A stretch of DNA of 64,000 nt from Azolla caroliniana. Lineage: Eukaryota; Plantae; Polypodiophyta. The notes beneath the pieces are model-generated. The model made no database searches. It was given only the letters and a program-made list of their open reading frames with translations, and had not been told where the DNA came from. Positions 21,601 through 34,945 of the stretch are shown piece after piece; position 1 is the first letter of the stretch; each line of letters starts with the position of its first letter. Both the position numbers and the translations under genes were made by a program. The stretch covers positions 6,448,001-6,512,000 of the forward strand of contig JBHGNT010000012.1 in the NCBI GenBank assembly GCA_043228905.1, read 5' to 3'.

Positions 21601-24424
21601 TTGTGTAAGGGGGGAAGGGATGTAAGTAAAAAAAAAACTTGTAATCAAAGATCTGAGTTATCCTAATGGTGATATATATTGTCTCATAAAACTAAAGTCA
21701 AGGGTTCAATCTCTATCTCAATCTCTCTCTATCTCTTCATCCATCTATCTATCTTCAATACTTTCTCGCTTACGCTGTTAAAAAACATCGAATCCTTCCG
21801 GTCTAGGACCCCGGTGGTTCCGCTTCATTTCACTAACACGCGAGGATTTCCTTGACATCTTACTTGGATTTCCTTGACAACGTAGGCAAGATAACCGAAC
21901 ACCCTCAGATGTCGGTACGAGACGTCTTTGCCGGTCCACACCCTTTGTGGAATATCTTCGTCCAAATGTGCTAAGGGTGATTGTTTATCATGTACACTGC
22001 CGTCATCAACACCTCAGCCTAGAACGTCTTGGACAACTTGGCATGTGCTAACATACTTCGGACCCTCTCCATGATGGTTCAATTCATCCTCTTGGCCAAC
22101 CCGTTGAGCTCTTGCATCTTCAGCACGGTGTACTTGAGTCGGATTCCCTTCAACCAGTAGTATTCTTCGAACGGTTCTTGGTATTCTTCTCTGTTATCCG
22201 CTCAGACTGCTTTCAATTTCCGACCGATCTCCCTCTTGGCTCTCGCGCGGAACTCCTTGAAGGCGGATAGAACTTGTTCCTTTGTCTTAAGAACAGAAGC
22301 CCGCAACTTCCAACTACGGTCATCGATGAAGGTCACAAAGTATTGTGAACCAGGATGCGACTTTGTGTCCACATAGCATACATCCGTATACACGAGTTCC
22401 AACAACATTTTCTTCCTTATCAGGGCCTTGGTTCGGAAGGAGGTTCTGTTCTGCTCGTCTACCAAGCAGTCGATGCACTTCTCAAGTTGCACATTCTTCA
22501 CCTCCGAAATGAGGTTGTTGTCGGCAAGTCTCCGCATCCCCATCACACTCATGTAGCACAACCTCATGTGCCACAGCTCACTGACTGTGTCGGTTTCCAC
22601 ATTCACTTCCTCTTGGCATATTCGAGCATGCATTAGGTATAGTGTGTTGGTCTTACGAGCTCTGGCCACAATCAAGCTTCCTTTGCAGAACTTCAGGATG
22701 CCATTCCGAATGCTACAAGTGTAGCCTTCATCATCCAACTGACCGGCTGATATCAGATTCAATCTGACTTCCAGAACGTGTCGCACATCCTTTAACACTA
22801 ATCTGCACTCAATTGGAGTTACCATGTACACATCTCTTATGCCGACAATTCGGCATGCTCCTTTTATTCCCCATCTTCACAAAACAGTGGTCTCTGGCTT
22901 TGTACGATGAGAAGCACTTCCAGTTAGGGGTAAGGTGAAACGATGCTCCAGAGTCGATCATCCAAGTCATTTCGTTGCCGACAATGTTCACTTTGCTCTG
23001 CTCCCTGATAAGCAACAAGTCCTCCTCACTTGTCGCAATCGTTGAGGTGCCTTTATGATTCAGATACTTCTTCAAATCTGCATCGACAACTCCCCCTTTT
23101 TCCTTTCGAAAGTGTCGACAATTCTTTTGGAAGTGCCCCGACTTCCCACAATAGAAGCAGTTGATCCTCCCTCTCGACTTCGACCTCGTCCCCGACTTCT
23201 CCCAATTCTGGGGACTTCTATTTCGGCCTCTTCCGCAGTTTGTGTTACCCTCTGTGACTAAGGCCTTTCGATCGGTTTCGGATTCTCTGTCCTTCCGGCG
23301 AGCTTCCTCTTAGTAAGCTTGACTTCACATTCTCCATGGACAAGTGCTTCCCTTCTGTTGCGGTGTTGCCTAAAGTGACAATGACTGTCTCCCAACTGTC
23401 CAGAAGGATCCCAGCAACAACAATGCTAGTACCTCGTCGGGAAGAGGCACTTCTAGAGAGATTGTCTAATTGATCAGTCCTTGGAAGGCATTTAGATGCT
23501 CTGCCATGTTGGAGTCATCCTGATACTGAAGTCTCACTATTTTCCGAAACACTAAGACTTTGTTGACAACATTTTTGTTCTCGAACATGATGTCGATCTT
23601 CTCTAAGAGGACATCCGGCTTGTTCTCTTCATTGAAGTTGTTGTATAGACTCATATCTATAAAACACCTTATGTATGCTGCTACTTTCAGATGCATGACT
23701 TCCCAAGTCGATGCATCAATATTGTCGGGCTTGATCTTCCCATATTGCACCGGTAGTCAGAGATCTTTGAATACCAACATGTCTCTCATCTTCGACTTCC
23801 ACACTGAGTAGTTGGGGCTGGTTGAACATTCCCCCGAATTTATCTTCTATTTTCTTTCTCTTGAAGGTAATGAACCTTCATTTTGATACCAGTTTGTTGA
23901 AAATGGGTTTCGGCCACAATCGAGATTCAAGCACAAAGGAAATAAAATAGAAAATCAGAAAAAGATTCCCTTACACGGTGACACATGGTATTAGTGTGGA
24001 AAACCCCAACCAAGTAAAAATCACAGGAGCCAAGAGACTCCAAACAATTCACTATGAGAGGCAATACAATGAGACTCGCAACCAATGACCTCGAGCTCGT
24101 CTTCTTCACCTACTTGCGATTATAACAGAGATGCTCTGCTTCTCTCTCACGCTCTCTCAACATAGTTACAACAACAATATGAATATAATCAACTACTATA
24201 TGATGATTTGCCCTAGTTATATTTATACTGATGTAACTTTAGGGCTATTTACAAATATAGCCTCTCGAAGGCATATTAGAACATATTTACAGATATGTCC
24301 TCTTTCAGTTTCATCTCCGGATCCGGTCGGATACCTTCTGGATCCGTCCGATCCGGTTCTCTCCTCCGGACCAGTCCAATCCATTGTAGCGCTCTTCCCA
24401 TCCGGAGGGACTGAGTTCCCAACA
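18657..24424 (-). mobile_element. Full-length degenerate Ty1/copia element A (Tork/Tnt1-like)
   Basis: LTRs 18657-19210 and 23895-24424; perfect 5-bp TSD AGATA; degenerate tRNA-Met PBS; PPT AAGGGGGGG. Gag, WMIDSGAS protease, integrase, LLYVDDML RT and RNase H with many stops/frameshifts. Confidence 0.93.
21257..21879. mobile_element. Solo LTR (TGTCA...TGACA, 623 bp) inserted in the integrase of element A, 4-bp TSD ACGT
   Basis: Removing it and one ACGT restores LAYVHVAK; internal CCATGG/CCGTGG palindromic repeats at 21487-21570. Confidence 0.85.
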
Positions 24425-25144
24425 AGATATAGTAATCAAGAGAGTATTTTGAAGTTGAAGTTGGGAGTTTTGGTGAGAGAAGTTGAGAGGTTTCGCTTTT
24501 GTGTAGGAGCCATGCAAACATCTTTGATTTGTCTTCTTTCTTCTATGTTGCAATAGATTTTTTGCCTACTTCATTCATGTATATGTTCATCACCAAATTC
24601 TTTGAAAATCCCCATATTTTTTACTCTATTTCAGAAGTCATGGTTATCTTCACTATTATTATGCCCCTAAACTAGTGCTTGTTATTGTATTCATTGTTGA
24701 ATCTAATCTTGAGTGCATTATATTTGATCAAATAATTTGTCAATTATTGTAGTGTATCATGCTGTCCATGTTCTTGATTCTATTGCAGTCCCATTTTATG
24801 ATGCAGTGTGAACCTTCATAAATTTTTGTTGGAAATGCTTGTATTTCTAAACAATCTTACATAGGAGCATCTCGATATCCCAAAACTTTGGTATTTGTTG
24901 GAGGTATGAAGTTTGTATGATAAGGAAAACAATTCTATCAATAACATTTTCTATTATTTTAACACCTCATGTAGATGATCAATACGATCTTCACTTTTGG
25001 GTGATGTATCTCATTGATAATGGGCATGTGCTCCTTTCATAAGTTAGAACCAACTTAATTTACTATGCTTAGAAACTTTTTGGTCTCCATGCATTGATTT
25101 TGCCCACCACGTTGGCTCACAACAAAGAAAATGCGAATGTTTAT

Positions 25145-27198
25145 TTTTATTTTTAAAGATATCCATTTATTAGTATAAAGCAACTTACATAGTTGTGATT
25201 CTCAAGTGATCAGTGGAGGGAACAACCATCTTAGTGGCTGAAAATGCCAAAAAGGGTTGTTATCTTTCAAGGACAAAGGTCGAGTCTCTTTCCAAAGAGT
25301 AATAAACTGGAGGCGGTGACCAACTTTAGCTTCTCAATCTCCAAATAAGATAATTCCATTGTCCTTTTAAAGTATGGACCATGTCCAACCAAATGTTACT
25401 TATCATTTCAACTACTGAGACTCTAACTTGATGGAAAAATGAAAGAGCAACATGCCTTCTAGAGGTAGCATATGATGGTACCAATTAATTCCCATAATGG
25501 TTGCATCTCCTTCCTTTTTCCCAAAAACTACATGGTCACTAAAGGAATTACACAAACCATTCCAAAATTAGTGTTGAAAGCACGGTCTAGAGACTCAACA
25601 TCATAATGAAAAATAGAGCAAACAAGTGATGTCCAAACCACCATGCCCCATGTGAATAACGATGGGTGAAAATGATTGAAAAATATTCTTAGTAGATGCT
25701 TCCATACCAATTGTGACTCAAGGCAACCCCATATACGATGTTTTTGTGATTCGTCTTGCAAATGACATTGACCACAATTAGAGGATACACCCATTTTATG
25801 CAACCATGTAAAAACATGCAAGGGTCGATGCACAAGTAACCATTGTATGTGAAATTTTTTATGTGATTTTTTTCTTTCCCGTAGCTTATCCCAAAACTTA
25901 GCAAGAAAGTTTGAACTTATACTTTGTGGACTCCAATAGTGAAATGCAATAGGTGAAACATCTTGTGAAATAGACAAAATATGTTTACCTAATTTTATAG
26001 AATATTGGAAAAAATTAAATTTATTCCTAGTAAATGAATCTGTCCCTAAATAGTCAGTTGGGCTCCATGCTAGTCCGAACAAAGGTTTTTTACCAAACAC
26101 CCACAACTTCTAATGTGGCTTTATGTCCTCTATCAATGGGTCAATATACCATATGCAATCAACACATCCTATTACCATTATGTTGTGTTCCGTAACATAA
26201 GTATAATTGATTATCGCTTCTACCAAAGGTAATTGACTTGCATTATCCACATAAAAAAAAAAGAAATATCATAACCTAGAAATAACCCTTTACAACCAAG
26301 AATACTTCTAATTTTGAAAAAACACCTAAATCCCCATATTAGGTGAGTGCTAGTGGATGGTTTGGTGGCTCTATCCATAGCTTCCTGAAATTGCCAATAA
26401 ATTATTTGTCCTCCATGAATCTTGGTCAATACATATTTTTGTTTTTGCCAGAAACGTGATAAAAAAACTTGCCAAGTCTTGATTGAGTTTGTAGGACCTT
26501 CTACCATTTGTTCCCACACTAACCATTATCTAGAACCTAGCACTAAACCATCTGATGTTGTAAACTATGAGTTCTATAATAGCCTTTTTCTTAAATATTC
26601 ATCATATTAATTATGTGCTTTGAGGAGCAATCCAAGTAAGACTCACTTCCAAGCAGAAAAATAGTTCAAATAAATCTATCCTCCCACAAATAAGATGTTG
26701 GTATTCTAAATTTTTCCTTTTACATCCTTTAACCTAGGTGTACCTAATTGAGGAGAGAATTCAGAATAGTGATTAAGCAATAATAATTTCCATACCTCCT
26801 AACCAGGAGTAAATCCTATAATAATAAACTTTACCAACAATGCTTGGGTCTGATCTACTAGATCAATAATATCCAATCCCGCTTTCAATCGAGGTAGGGC
26901 AATTACATGCCATTTAACTTTGGATGGAGTATGACCCTCAACTTTTCTACATCAAAATAAATTTCATATTAATCTTCATATTTGCAAGATGCATGATTTG
27001 GAAAGGATCCAACAAAACAATACATACCATGTTGTTGCAAATAATACTTGGTTTGCGACTATAATCCGGCTTGGGAAAAAAAGCTTGGTTGAACTCCATA
27101 ATAATAACTCTCCCCTTAGCATCATTAAGACAGGGGCCACTTGATTCGTAGCTGATAAATCAATACCTATTGTATGTCCAAAATATTGAATTGGGGTA
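25145..27198 (-). pseudogene. Old LINE (second family), 3' part of ORF2; continues at 42403-43050 beyond the nested copia stack
   Basis: VFGKKPLFGLAW..FFQYSIKLGKHIL and CGQC..ESQKHRIWGC match the intact ORF2; A-rich tail at ~25145. Confidence 0.85.
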
Positions 27199-30028
27199 TG
27201 TCAAAGTTAATATGCAGAAGCTTTGACAAACTGGTTTATCCGGATAGCAACAAAAAACAAAGACAAGGTTTAATGGAAGCTTGAATCATAGAGACAACGA
27301 GCGGGACAGAGCAGAACAGTAAACTCAATTTCAAAATAATAACACTCTATACATAGAATATGCTCAGAGAGCACTTTTATCCAAGTCCTTACACAGACTA
27401 ACAGAAGTACTGACATGTACTTCAATGCACATACGAGCGACTGACACTGACTCCCAAAAATATGCCTATGTACAAGGCTAGATCCGTAAGCCTCTAACGG
27501 CCTACCGGTTAGAATCCGATCCGGCTCCTGGTTCCTGACACTGATCCGGCTCTGGCTTATTCAGCTGATCCGAATCCAGTTGAGCTTGTCCGCTCAACAC
27601 TCTCCCTCAAGCTCAACTTGAGGTCGGATCATGGTGTAAGTGTCAGTGGTAGCCGGTCCTCTCCTCCGGCTCTCCCTGACGTCCTCCCACCTGGCCTGCG
27701 CTCCTCGTCTAGTCCGGTTCCGCTTCCTATGACCCGTCCGGTTCTGCGCTCCTCAACCTTCTCGATCGGCTTGTCTACTCCTTCGTCCCTTATAAGCTCC
27801 CTTGCTGTCACGGTGCTGGCGCTTCACGACCCGTCAGTTCCTCCGTATCGACATCGTCTTCTGTTGCCCCTTCGTACGCTTGGCCATCGTAGATTCGGCT
27901 CCTCCAAATCGAACTCCTCTTCTGAATCGGGTGACTCCGATTCGTTCCAGCTCTTGTCCGAATTGGCTGTCTCCAATTCGTCATCAGTCTTCGGGCCCTT
28001 TACCACATCAGACCATGTCCGGGGTCTTCGCCTTTTGGTCGGCTCTGTCCTTCTTGACTCTACTGCCATCGCCACTTGTTTTGACTTTACTGGATGTGAC
28101 GACTTCTTTAGTCGACTCGGCTTCCTTTTTCTTCTTCTTGTCTCCCCCTATCTGTCTGGCTCTTTGTCTAGTGCCATCACCTGTTTTCTCGGTTTCCGTT
28201 TCGGTTCTCACCGTATCAGTCTCGGTTCTCCCCCTCAAGTGCGACATGTCGAGATGTTGAAGACCACGCATCTCTGAAAAATGCTGCAAGTTGTCTAGGC
28301 TGAGAGGTTTGGTGAAGATGTCAGCAACCTGCCGATCCGTCTGGACATACAAGAGTTCTACTTCACCGTTGAGAATCCGCTTGCGCACAAAGTGATAATG
28401 CACTTCTATGTGCTTTGCTCGAACATGGAACATAGGGTTCTTGGCCAGTTGCATGCTGCTCATGTTGTCTATGTAGATCGGGATCAGAGTCGGTATTTCG
28501 ATCCAGAGGTCTTGTAGTAGCCGTTGAAGCCAGATGGCTTCACAGGTGGCAACGATAGCACCCCCATACTCAACCTTAGTGCTCGACAGAGCCACTGTCG
28601 ACTGCTTTTTGCTACTCCACACAACCGTCGCGCTACCCAAAGAAAACATAAGTTCGGAAGTGAACCGACAATCTGATGCATCACCGGCCCAATTGGCATC
28701 TGTATATCCGACTAGCTTCTCGGTTATACCATATCGGTATAATAGTCCCCGGTCCTTAGTGCTGCCAACATACCTCAGTATTCGGTGTGCGCACCGAAGG
28801 TGCTCCATAGTCGGCTTCTGCATGATCTAACTTATCGCTCCCACCGGATAGCTAATTTCGGGTCGGGTGATCATCAAATAAATAAGGCTTCCAACAATTT
28901 GTCGGAACTGTTTCTCATCGCAGGCTGGTCCGGGGTCGAGACGAATCTTTAGGTTCCGGTCTAGGAGTGTGGAGACTGATCGGCAATCCGCCATGCCGAA
29001 CTTGTACAACATATTAAACAGATAATGTCGTTGTGAGAGCAATATGCCATTGGGGGTATGGATCATTTCGATCCCGAGGAAGTAATGAAGGTCCCCTAGG
29101 TCCTTCATTTCGAATGTATTCGACAGTTGTGACTTCACTTGGCCGATTTCAGCAAGTCTGGGTCGGTGATGACTAGATCATCTACATATAACAGGATACA
29201 TACCGGACCATCTGGACCATTCCGGATGAACAATGAAGAGTTCGACTTCGAGGCCCCAAACCCCATCTTATGCAACCGGTGCGTGATCTTCGAATTCCAA
29301 GCATGGGGGGCTTGCTTCAGGCCGTAAAGTGACTTCTTGAGTCAGCACACTGCCGACTTGTTCATCACCGACTAAAATTCGGGGGGCTGAACGATAAACA
29401 CCTGTTCCTCAAGATCACCTTGTAGGAACGTGTTTTTCACATCCATCTGATGTAGATGCCACCCCTTCGCCGTTGCCACCGCAAGCAAGACACGAACAAT
29501 CGTCATCTTCGCGACCGGCGTGAACGTCTCATCATAATCGATGTCGTGTTGTTGTGCATAGCCCTTGGCCACTAACCGGGCCTTTGACCTGTGGACCGAA
29601 CCATCGACATTATACTTTACCTTGTACACCCACTTGTAACCAATCGGTTTGCAATGTCGGGGAGGTTCAACCAGCACCCATGTGTCATTGGCATCAAGTG
29701 CCCGCATCTCTTCCTCCATAGTGGCACGCTAATGTGCGTCCCTTGCCACTTCTACATAGCTCTCTAGCTCACGCACTTCCACCACTTTCTTCATGTACGC
29801 GTAGTGATGCGCCATGTAATCATTATATCCGTATCTTTTTACGAGGTTCTTCTGGCAGGTGGATCGACGTAACTTCTCGTTAGTCAATTTCAAGGCCCTC
29901 TTGGCCGGCTCAGACTTTGTCTTTGAAGGTCCGTCTTCATTCTTCCCGGAGTCGGACTCACTCCGATCCGACTCGTTTCTGCCGGTAGCATATTCTGACA
30001 TCTTCTTCTTTCCCTTCTCTTTGCGCGT

Positions 30029-33000
30029 TGTCGCGTTGTTACGCGCGTGCGTGGAGAAAGGCGGGACCACGGGGGTCTTGGACTAGGGAGTGACAGAGTG
30101 TAGGAAGTCGTGCTTCACCGTTACTGAGGCATCCCAGAGACACGCCAGAAGCAACCGAAGGGAGAGAGAGAGAGAGAGAGATTAACACCGACTCACGGAC
30201 ACACACACACACACACACACACATGCTGACCCGCCTCGCGCCCTCATATACAGGAAACGTAGGAAAGGGGAAACACCCGACACGAACATAGACGCGAAAA
30301 TACACAGACAGACGCAACATATATATATATATATATATAAACAGAAGAATACATTCCCGGCTTCGAGCCGGGCTGAGGTAGGTTACAGTAGTCGTCTGCT
30401 GCCAAGCCGCCGTCGGGGAGCTCTCAGCTCGTCGCGCCGAGTGGGGTCTTGCACAGGAGATGAGCTGCTGCAAACCCTAAGCGAACACGAAGGAGAAGAA
30501 GAAGAAGAAGCTAACTCTAAACCTAATGGTATACCCTCTAATGCAAAATGGGCAACCCCTCCATAAAGGGCGTTCCCTTCCTTTTATAGAACAAGGAGAG
30601 GGATGCGTTACAATGTGGGACAAATCCCGACTTTCATGGGATCGTCTGTCCCGACTTGACTACTCTTCGGCGCCATAAAGGCGCCCTCGATATTCACACT
30701 AAATGTACATGGGTGCATACACACGCTGCACCCCGCCGATGTAGCCAATGTTTCCCGGTTTTCGCCTCTGGCCGAAATTCTTCACGACATCCGTCCCCAC
30801 CTAACTGCACATCCACTAGTATGTGCAAAGTCCGGTTGAAGGGTGAGAGATTTCGGCCGGTGAGAAACCGGTCTCCCGTGATCTGCATCCCGGCTTGCTG
30901 CCAGTTTGATCCGTCGGCTTCGAGTCTTCCGTCGCGCTCGCCTTCCTGTAGGCTCGTTCGACCCGTCGATGGGTCCTCTGCCGCGATCTCCGTAGTACGC
31001 GTTCTTCCGTTGGCCCTTGTTCGGCCGTATGAATGCCCCGCTTCCCGTCGTATGCCTGATGTCCTCCGCTTGAGGCATGCCCGTAGTGGCCGGCTTGGCC
31101 TCCGTTGACCCTTCGTGATGTCCTGGTTGTCGTCCCATGTTGCTTCGCGTGGCCACCGCCCTCTCGCCGCCACCTTCCTTCTCCATGGTCTTACATTGCC
31201 GCGTCGGCTCGAACCGCCATGGTCTCCGGAACGGTGTGGAGGATCCCTTTCCGGCCTTCTCCGCGCTCGCCTTTCCGCTCCGGCACCTCCGTGTGCCATG
31301 TACCCTCGCCCGTTGTTTGGCACTGCCCGTGTTGCACTCCTTGTCGGCCCCTTTTCGGCCAGATCGTGCATCGCTGCTCACCCGCATACCAGTGTCCTCT
31401 GCATCCGAGGAACACCCCGTAGTAGCCCGCTTGGCCCTTCCCATCTTCGTGCTGCTGCAATAGGTCCTGAGTCTTCCGCTTGCCGTCGTCCCCTCGCCCC
31501 CACCAGCTTCTCATCCCGGCTTGCCGTGTCAGTCTTCGTTACTTCGCCGAAGCTACCAGGATCTACGAAGCGAGTGTGGACGATCCTCCTTCGACCTCTC
31601 TTGCCATCCCCTGATTCCGACCCTATGCAGTCCACTAGGCACTTGTCACGTCGTTCCCGGCACCTCCCTCGTGCCGTCTTCCGCTTCCTTTGTTCGGCAC
31701 CGCCCGTGCCGAACACCGTCCCATAGTCACGCTTCGATCCGGCCCGCGATGGCCACTTCCGAGACTCTTGTTCTGTCCAAGGTGTGCTTTTTCGGCCTGA
31801 CACACCTCTCCATGTTTGCCCTTACCGGCTCCTTCCGAAACCTCGTGTCATCGGGTCCCATTCCCTGCCGCCACCGTCCTTCTCCCTCGGTCTCACGTTG
31901 CCATGTTGGCCGAACTGCCGGAGCCTCCGGATCGGTGTGAGGGTCCCATAGGACCAGACTCCGTTTCTATGCTTGCCGAAATCGGGTGTCTTTTGTTTGA
32001 GTCCCTCCCGGACTCTCCTTGTGTCTTCCGCGTAGCCGGGTCTCGTTTCCCGCCGCCACCTTCCTTCTCCCTCGGTCTTACGTTGCCACGATGGCAGCAC
32101 AGCCGGAGTCTCCGGAACCGGTGTGGGGATCCCGTAGGACTGGACTTCCTTACGCCCATTGTCTTCGTCACCTCGCCGCCACCGTCAGTATCTTGGTCTT
32201 ACGTCGACCGCGTTGCCGACTACTGAAGTCTCTAGAACCGGTGTGAAGGATCCTCCGTTGACCGCCCTTCCGTAGCCCTTGCCTTCGTCACCTCGCCGCC
32301 ACCGTCAGTATCTTGGTCTTACGTCGACCGCGTTGCCGACTGCCGAAGTCTCTAGAACCGGTGTGAAGGATCCTCCGTAGGCGTTCGTCGCCTTCTTGAC
32401 CCTGTCTCGGGTCGTCCTTTTTCTCATGCCGAGAGGGCGGTTTACTCCGCACCCTCTCCCGTGGTACCGACGTACCGTGTCCTCGGCCTCTTCGTAGGCC
32501 TGCTCTCTTCCTCCCTCCCGGAATGGTTATCCGGGAGTCCGCTCCGCCCGGTTCTCGTCCGGGTCCGTTCATCCTTCCCCGGATTGCCGAGTCCCGTTCT
32601 CCTGTCGCCACCGATCTCCCTTATAGGACTCACGCCGGCACTCGGGCCTGCAACCGGATCGGTGTAAGGAATCCCATAGGACCGGCTTTCATTCTCGTTC
32701 CAAATCTCGACCTTCGCCCGGTCGGTCTTTCTCCCCATGTAAAAGAGGGCGGCTCGTCCCGCACCCCCTTCCGTTTCGGCACCTTTATGCCAAGTCCGGC
32801 TTCGATCGAACGGCCCACGACCGGATCACGCTCCACCTGTATCGGAATGCCGATCTCCTCGTGCCGCGTCCGTCCTCGGCCTCCTCACAGGCCGTTTCCC
32901 ATCCATCTTCGCTGGCATCGTGCCAGGACTCCTCGGTACCGCCATCCATCTCCTCGGTCTTACACGGGCATACGGGCCAAATTGCCGAGTTCTTCGGAAT

Positions 33001-34287
33001 CGGGTCCGTGGGCTTTCGTCCGCTCCTTCCCCGTACTGTCTCGCCGGTGATTCTTGGTCTATCGTTGTCGCCTTCCTTTGCTTGGGACTCACGTGGACAC
33101 TCGGGCCCGACTGCCATCGTCTCGGGAGCAAGTGTGGGAAGACACAAGGAATCGCCCGTCCGTTCTTCACCCTTGTCCGTAGCCACCGGCTCTCCGTGGT
33201 CGGCGGTCGTCTTCTTACCGATCGCGCAAGCCCCTTCTGGGCTTGCTTCTCCAATGCCCGGGATCTCGGGCTGACACGCCCAAAACCGCTGGTCCCAACG
33301 TTCCGGTTCTGCGATCGGTATCTCGGCCTCGTCCTTGGCCGTTCTATTTCCGCAAGTCGAGAGGGCGTTTCGTTCCGCACCCTCTCCTGTGGTACCGTCG
33401 TACCGATCTTCCGCCGTTGCGTGGGGCAAGTCCGTCTCCTCGGTCTCAGCTTCTGGCCTCGATCCTCCCTCTTCCTCGAGCATCGCTTTGAGCGCTGCGT
33501 ACGCCTCCGCAATCCTGGCCCCAACGCCGACCCTCGCCGACTCTCTTTGCCGTTCGGCCTCTTCCTGCTGTGATGGCACGCCGTCGCGTACCTTCCTCTT
33601 AGCCTTCTCGGCTCGCTCGTTGTCTAGCCTTTGGCACACCCTTCCGACCTTCGACCAGTCCTCCGTAAGCCCAATCCCGATGGCTTCCCGTTCCGCTCGG
33701 TCGATCGACCTGACAAACAAAAGGACTTTGTCCGCCCCCACCAAACCTTGTTCCTGCTCTGGGAGTCGAGAAGTTGTCGCTCGAACTCCTGGAACGCCTT
33801 CATCGCACCCCGGTGGGTCTTTGCCGATGCTACCCACTGGTCGAAGTCGTGCCGTCCCCGGCTTCGAGCCGGGTTGAGGTAGGTTACAGTAGTCGTCTGC
33901 TGCCAAGCCGCCGTCGGGGAGCTCTCAGCTCGTCGCGCCGAGCGGGGTCTTGCACAGGAGATGAGCTGCTGCAAACCCTAAGCGAACACGAAGGAGAAGA
34001 AGAAGAAGCTAACTCTAAACCTAACGGTATACCCTCTAATGCAAAATGGGCAACCCCTCCATAAAGGGCGTTCCCTTCCTTTTATAGAACAAGGAGAGGG
34101 ATGCGTTACAATGTGGGACAAATCCCGACTTTCATGGGATCGTCTGTCCCGACTTGACTACTCTTCAGCGCCATAAAGGCGCCCTCGATATTCACACTAA
34201 ATGTACATGGGTGCGTACACACGCTGCACCCCGCCGATGCAGCCAATGTTTCCCGGTTTTTGCCTCTGGCTGAAATTCTTCACGATA
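30029..34287 (-). mobile_element. Non-autonomous GC-rich LTR element D (gypsy-like gag remnant, no recognisable pol), 4-bp TSD GCGT
   Basis: Complete 3' LTR 30029-30789 (TGTCG...CGACA) preceded by purine tract AGTTAGGTGGGGACGGA; 5' LTR only 33856-34287, near-identical to 30356-30789 and fused into gag-like coding sequence; internal tandem repeats at 31650-32700. Confidence 0.8.
32163..32378. repeat. Near-perfect ~95-bp direct duplication (120-bp period) inside element D
   Basis: cttcgtcacctcgccgccaccgtcag...ggatcctccgt at ~32163 and ~32283. Confidence 0.9.
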
Positions 34288-34329
34288 GCGTGAACCATCT
34301 CCTCGGTTCCTTGCATGGGGAGAGCACGG

Positions 34330-34945
34330 TGTCGCATTGCTACGCGCGTACGTGTAGAAAGGGGCGGGACCACGGGGGTCTTGGACCGAGGAGCGAGAGA
34401 GAGAGACAGAGAGAGAGAAAGATTCACCAACACGTAGAAGCGAGAAAGGGAGATATAGAACGTAACACTTAATTATAATGACAGAGATTACAAACTCCGA
34501 CAGTTACAACTGACAAAGCGGCGACGGGCCCGACACGGGGACCCTACTCACGCACACCGACGACAGTCACCGACTCAAAGAAACAAAAGGGGGAAGGGGA
34601 GCGACTCTGCTGGAAGCACACAGGCTGTCCACGAAGCAGAGGCAGCGACCTCCCGACACCCGTAGAGAGCGACGATTCAAGTCGAAGAGAGAGAGCTCCA
34701 CCTTCCATTCTGCAGCAACCTCCTTCTTCCTCCTCGCGCGCGATATCTCGTTTTCTCTTCTCCTCCTCCGTTTATTCCCTGTCCCCCTCTAGGATACGCA
34801 CAATCCCCCTCTAATAAATGTGTGTGGCTTAGTAGTCACATCCACCGGTTCATGTACAAAGTATCCAATCACGCGTCCATCCGTGTAGGGGCCGGTTTAC
34901 GCGCTTTCTCTCTGATTCCGCCTATGGCCGGTTTTCTTCACGACA
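34330..34945 (-). mobile_element. Solo LTR related to element D LTR (TGTCG...CGACA), 4-bp TSD ACGG/ATAG
   Basis: Termini match element D LTR ends; removing both inserts restores the element-B frame DSTVLSPCKEPRRWFTRKEK. Confidence 0.8.

Noticed and set aside
30656-33974. Many overlapping 100-370 aa ORFs on both strands
   Set aside because: Consequence of high GC in element D; only a gag-like remnant near 33600-33860 is recognisable
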